Positions 59,921-64,000 of a stretch of DNA of 64,000 nt are shown here, one piece after another; position 1 is the stretch's first letter; each line of letters starts with the position of its first letter. Origin of the DNA: an uncultured Gemmatimonadales bacterium (GTDB lineage: Bacteria > Gemmatimonadota > Gemmatimonadetes > Gemmatimonadales > Gemmatimonadaceae); the NCBI GenBank assembly GCA_963701965.1, contig OY969695.1, forward strand, positions 2,848,001 to 2,912,000. The letters run 5' to 3'. The notes under the pieces are model-generated. The model was given only the letters and a program-made list of their open reading frames with translations. It made no database searches and had not been told where the DNA came from. The position numbers and the translations under genes were made by a program.

Positions 59921-60579
59921 GATACCGGCCCTCCCACCCGCGTCCAGGTGATCGACGTGACATAGAGCCCTAAGGGGTTCCGCTCGATGGTCTCCTCGGT
60001 CTCAGGCGGAGACACCCGGACGCTCAAATAGGCGTCCCACGCGTGGGTCACCGCGGGCGCCCCATTGGCGGGATACTCGGTCTCGGTCCACTGCACACGC
60101 CATCCGGCGCCGCCGGTCCGGGGCACCGGCAACACCGCGGTGACGTCCGCCGTCCGCGTCATCGTGCGACCAAGAACGCGCGGGTTGTTCCGGGGATCAC
60201 CGTAGTACGCGTTCAAGAACGCGGCGCCACCTTGGTCGAGATAGGCGTACGCGCGCGCCAACACATCGGCCTCCGCGGCCTCCGATGGCACCACGGTCCG
60301 CACATTGCGCACGAACTCGGCGAGTTGCGCGATCACGAGGCGCGTGTCCGCGTGGCGCAATGGCTCGGCGGGCCCGAACGCCCGCGCCTGCCCGAGCTTG
60401 TCGACTTCCACGAGATAGGGCGTCACGCGCGCGGTGAGCGACAGCCGCACATAGCCGGCGGTCTCGATGATCTGCCCGATGACGAGCGCGAACGCCATGA
60501 GCTGCCAGTTGCGCTTCCCGCGGGCGAGATTGGCGTACACGCCCTCGAACTCGCGCCGGGCCGCCACCCACGTGCTCAT
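59917..60579 (-). CDS. trbF: Conjugal transfer protein TrbF/VirB8
   Basis: NWQLMAF, PYLVEVDKLG, WRVQWTE, NPLGLYV. Confidence 0.9.
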   Translation of the reverse strand: MSTWVAARREFEGVYANLARGKRNWQLMAFALVIGQIIETAGYVRLSLTARVTPYLVEVDKLGQARAFGPAEPLRHADTRLVIAQLAEFVRNVRTVVPSEAAEADVLARAYAYLDQGGAAFLNAYYGDPRNNPRVLGRTMTRTADVTAVLPVPRTGGAGWRVQWTETEYPANGAPAVTHAWDAYLSVRVSPPETEETIERNPLGLYVTSITWTRVGGPVS

Positions 60580-60586
60580 GGTTGCC

Positions 60587-61420
60587 TCACGAGCCGCGCA
60601 GGGCACCGGCGAGTCCGAACGACTGCCGCGCAGCGATCCACCGCGCGCCATGCTCGGGCACCCGCGTCGCCAACAGCGCGAATAACACGGCGCCGCCCAA
60701 CACCTGCCCCAGCGGCGAACCCGGACCAAAGAGCTGATCGGCCTGGATCAACGCCACCCACCCGCGCGACAACTCGCTCCCTAAACTCACCATGAGATAG
60801 AGGAGAAAGATCTTGACGCCCACATGCACGGCGTAGGTCAGAAACCCGTCGGCGATCCCCGCCGTCCCCCGAAACGCCGCGAAGCCGAGGAACACCACGC
60901 CCCCGCCCAATACCACGTAGCTCTCGACGAGGACCATCACGAGCTGCGCAGCCACCGCGATGTACGCTCCCAACACGATGACGGCGCTCAACGCGGCGAA
61001 GAGCGCCATTGCGGGGTTCGCCAGTACGCCGACGACGTCGAGGGCCGTCAATAGCTTGGCGGCGAGCGCCATCCCGATGTCGATGATGTCGGACGGATTC
61101 ACGGTGCCGGCCACGCCAATGGCGCGCTCGCCAGCGGCCGCGAACCCGTCGATGAACGGTGGGATCCAGAACGCGAACGATGTGATCAACGACAAGAGCA
61201 CCGCGAGCAGCGCAAACTTGAGCACGAACCGCGCGGCAATGTCGTCCAACGCGTCCCGGCGCAACCCGTACACCAGGCCCGATACCACGACTTCGATGCC
61301 GGCCAAGAGCGCGAACGCCCGCTGGGCCACGGGCACGAGCCGCGCCAGCCAGTCGTGCGAGGCCAACCGGTAGGCGTCGGCGATCCCATCAAGGATCGGC
61401 CCGGTGGTCTGGATCTGCAT
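60587..61420 (-). CDS. trbL: Conjugal transfer protein TrbL/VirB6 (compact)
   Basis: Multi-TM; NPSDIIDIG, LVESYVVLGGGVVFLGF; position between trbJ and trbF. Confidence 0.85.
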   Translation of the reverse strand: MQIQTTGPILDGIADAYRLASHDWLARLVPVAQRAFALLAGIEVVVSGLVYGLRRDALDDIAARFVLKFALLAVLLSLITSFAFWIPPFIDGFAAAGERAIGVAGTVNPSDIIDIGMALAAKLLTALDVVGVLANPAMALFAALSAVIVLGAYIAVAAQLVMVLVESYVVLGGGVVFLGFAAFRGTAGIADGFLTYAVHVGVKIFLLYLMVSLGSELSRGWVALIQADQLFGPGSPLGQVLGGAVLFALLATRVPEHGARWIAARQSFGLAGALRGS

Positions 61421-62106
61421 CAGGGCCGATACGAAAAGGACGGACGCCGGGGCGGGGTCGCCGCCATCCCGGCCAGCAACGCGCGCGCGTTTTCCTGGGC
61501 CTGGGCTTGGGCGTTGACCTGGCTCGCATAGTACACGGCCTGGGCGTTGGTCTGGGCCGCAATAGCCTGCCGCAACAACAGCAGCTCCTCCGCGCTGTAC
61601 ACGTGCACGGTGTTGGCGAGCTCCAGGGACTCCTCGTGCCCGTTGGATGCGGCGACCTGCGCCTTGAACTGGTCGATCTGCGTGGCGCCGGGCGCGAACG
61701 TGGACGCGCCGACGCGCGTGGCGTCGAGCGCACCGGCCAACGTGGCCATGGTCGCGGCGTTCCGCGCGCGCTCGTCCGCGGGAAAGTCCCGCGTCGCCGC
61801 GGCGGGGAACCGGGCCGCGAATCGCTGATCGAGATCGCTCGACGAATACGCGATCGCGGCGCCCTGACTCTGCGCCACGCTGGCGGCCTGCACGACGCCA
61901 CCGATCTGCCGCCACACCGGCGAGCCGAGCTTCTTCAGGGCCTGCACTTGGTTGGCGATCTGGGACTCGGCCAACCGGATCTGCTCGAGCGCCTTGAGAT
62001 AGTGGGCGACGCTCTCGGCGTAGTTTGTGGGATCGAACACCGTGAACTGGGCCCGCGCACTGGCGGGCAGCATGATGGCCAGCACCGCCACTCTCACTGT
62101 TCGCAT
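61420..62106 (-). CDS. trbJ: Conjugal transfer protein TrbJ/VirB5-like
   Basis: GAGGAGG RBS; signal peptide; VFDPTN; helical Gln/Ala-rich. Confidence 0.8.
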   Translation of the reverse strand: MRTVRVAVLAIMLPASARAQFTVFDPTNYAESVAHYLKALEQIRLAESQIANQVQALKKLGSPVWRQIGGVVQAASVAQSQGAAIAYSSSDLDQRFAARFPAAATRDFPADERARNAATMATLAGALDATRVGASTFAPGATQIDQFKAQVAASNGHEESLELANTVHVYSAEELLLLRQAIAAQTNAQAVYYASQVNAQAQAQENARALLAGMAATPPRRPSFSYRP

Positions 62107-64000
62107 GATGCCTCCTCGAGCCAAACGTGAACCCACGCGTCGCCATGGGCCGCCATCAACGCGGCGGCCCGGCGCCGCACGTCGTCGCCCGACGCCAAAA
62201 ACGCCCGGGCCACCGGCCCGAGCGCGAGATCGAACAGCCGGCTGCCGTGGGGCGACGTGAGATAGTAGTCGCGCTTGGGCACGGCCCGGGCGATGGTCTC
62301 GATTTCTCTAGCCCCAAGTCCGAGCGCGGCGTACACGGCGGCGGTGTCGGGAGACGCGGCGTCGGCGTTCGGCAGATAGATGCGCGTCGGACAGGACTCC
62401 CGGATCAAGTGGGCATGGGGCATGTCGCGGAGCTGCGCGGCGCTATGCGCCACCAGCACGACGGCGGCGTTCTGCTTGCGCAGCGTCAAGAGCCACTGCT
62501 TGATCCGGGACGCGAACGTGGTGCGCAGCAGCGGACCCCACAACTCCTCGATCACGATGAGCGCGGGCCGGCCGTCGAGCTGCCGCTCCACGTGTCGGAA
62601 CAGCGCCAACACCGCGGGCACGAGCACGCGGTCGTCCATCTCCAGCAACGACCGCAGCTCATACACGGTATAGCGCGTCGCATCGGCCGGCGACGGGTCT
62701 GCCGTCTCCGTGCCATCGACCACGCCGCCGTACACGCCACCGATGTATGGGGCCAACGCGGCAACGAGGGCCCGGTCCTGCACCTGCCGAGCGAACTCCG
62801 CCAGGGTGCGATGCTCCGGCGCGGTCTCACCCAACAACGCCAACGCGCGCTCGATGCGCGCCCGCATCGCCGCCGTCACCGTTACGCCCTGGAACTCGGC
62901 GATGCTCTCGACCCACTCGGCGCACCACGCGTCAATGACGCGCAGCGGTTGTAGCGCCGTGCCGCCGCCGGGTACCAGGTCGATGTGCCGGCCGCCCAAC
63001 GCTTGACACAGGAGCCATGCCGAATACCCGACGTCGAACACGAACACGCGGGCCCCCGGGTAGCGCAGGAACTGCGCGCCGAGGAGCCCCACCAGAGTGG
63101 ATTTGCCAGCGCCGGTCTGGCCGACGATCAGCGTGTGCCCCACGTCCGACACGTGGAGGTTCACCCGAAACGGCGTCGATCCGTCGGTGGCCGCCCACAG
63201 AAGCGGCGGACTCCCCGCCGGAAAGTACGGACTGGGATTCGCGGCCAAGCCGGGCCACACGCCGGTCACGGGCACCAGATCGGCGATCGCCGCGCCGCTC
63301 ACGATGGGACGGCGCACGTTGGGCGATCCGTGCCCCGGCAGCGTGCCCAGAAAGGCCTCGACCGCGTTCACGGTCTCGATCCGCGCGCCGAAACCGGCAT
63401 CGCCCAATGCGCGCACGATGGCGCGGGCCACGGTATCGGCGCCGCGGTCGTCGTCCGCGGTGACGACCGCCACCTGGTTGTACACGCAAAACCGCGCGCG
63501 CCCGCTGGCGTTCTCGGCCGCGGCGCCGGCCGCATCCTGCGCCATGCGGGCGGCGTCATTGTCGAGCCACTGGGTGTCGGTCAATGCGCTGGCCGAACGG
63601 TGCGTCATCTCCCGCAACCACTCGCCGGCGCCCTTTCGCTTCTGGAACCATCGCAGCTGATGCCGCCGGATGAGCCGCGCCGCTGTCGCCTGCGACAAGG
63701 GCAATATCCGGTGGGACCAGCGATACTCGGCCGGCAGCGCGGCGATGGACTCCAGCATGCCCGGCACAGACGTATCCGGCCAACCGGTGACGGCGACACA
63801 ACGGATCGACTTGCCGCCGATGCGCGGCTCGAACCCGCCCGTCAGCTCACCCGTGGCCAGCGCCATATTGAGATAGGCGCCGGACGGCGGCACGCGCACG
63901 GGATGCCAGAGGCCCGTGAGGCAGCCGTGCAGATGCGTGCACAGTGCGTCGGCGTCCAGCGGCTCCAACACCAGACGGGCGCTGAGCCGGTCCGTGATAC
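62094..64000 (-). CDS. trbE: Conjugal transfer ATPase TrbE/VirB4 (5' end outside window)
   Basis: PFRVNLHVSDVGHTLIVGQTGAGKST, VIEELW, WLLTLRKQN, ESCPTRIYLPN. Confidence 0.93.
   Translation of the reverse strand, partial: ITDRLSARLVLEPLDADALCTHLHGCLTGLWHPVRVPPSGAYLNMALATGELTGGFEPRIGGKSIRCVAVTGWPDTSVPGMLESIAALPAEYRWSHRILPLSQATAARLIRRHQLRWFQKRKGAGEWLREMTHRSASALTDTQWLDNDAARMAQDAAGAAAENASGRARFCVYNQVAVVTADDDRGADTVARAIVRALGDAGFGARIETVNAVEAFLGTLPGHGSPNVRRPIVSGAAIADLVPVTGVWPGLAANPSPYFPAGSPPLLWAATDGSTPFRVNLHVSDVGHTLIVGQTGAGKSTLVGLLGAQFLRYPGARVFVFDVGYSAWLLCQALGGRHIDLVPGGGTALQPLRVIDAWCAEWVESIAEFQGVTVTAAMRARIERALALLGETAPEHRTLAEFARQVQDRALVAALAPYIGGVYGGVVDGTETADPSPADATRYTVYELRSLLEMDDRVLVPAVLALFRHVERQLDGRPALIVIEELWGPLLRTTFASRIKQWLLTLRKQNAAVVLVAHSAAQLRDMPHAHLIRESCPTRIYLPNADAASPDTAAVYAALGLGAREIETIARAVPKRDYYLTSPHGSRLFDLALGPVARAFLASGDDVRRRAAALMAAHGDAWVHVWLEEASCEQ

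Larger units (their letters stand above)
58055..64000 (-). mobile_element. P-type T4SS mating-pair module of a probable integrative conjugative element (continues beyond window)
   Basis: Gene order trbE-trbJ-trbL-trbF-trbG-trbI embedded among chromosomal genes. Confidence 0.75.

Noticed and set aside
1..64000. tRNA/rRNA genes, integrase, transposase, att sites
   Set aside because: None recognised by eye in this window.

Overview
High-GC bacterial chromosomal segment. The gene repertoire suggests Gemmatimonadota, but this is inference only. It has four parts. (1) 1-5.2 kb: a tightly coupled serine-cycle-type operon (sga-mcl-mtkA-mtkB-hydroxypyruvate reductase). (2) 5-40 kb: hydrolases, a frameshifted VIT-vWA gene, three ECF sigma factors with anti-sigma/FecR partners, orphan response regulators, a Ser/Thr kinase, an orphan type III Mod-like methyltransferase, and a TPR / SIR2-like / TPR block next to an unannotated 38-aa lipopeptide gene. 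(3) About 40.2-55.9 kb: a visibly lower-GC island holding a complete lasso-peptide cluster. It has B1, B2, cyclase C and two hidden 60-aa precursor genes with unusually long 40-aa cores and a conserved acidic tail. It also has a stand-alone Hanks-type kinase, an ABC exporter, and a convergent SusC/SusD/S9-peptidase operon. (4) 57.6-64 kb: an XRE regulator and a P-type trbE-J-L-F-G-I conjugation module, probably part of an ICE that runs off the window. The lasso cluster with its SusCD-peptidase module is the strongest candidate for an undescribed system. All calls come from motif reading by eye; no database searches were run.
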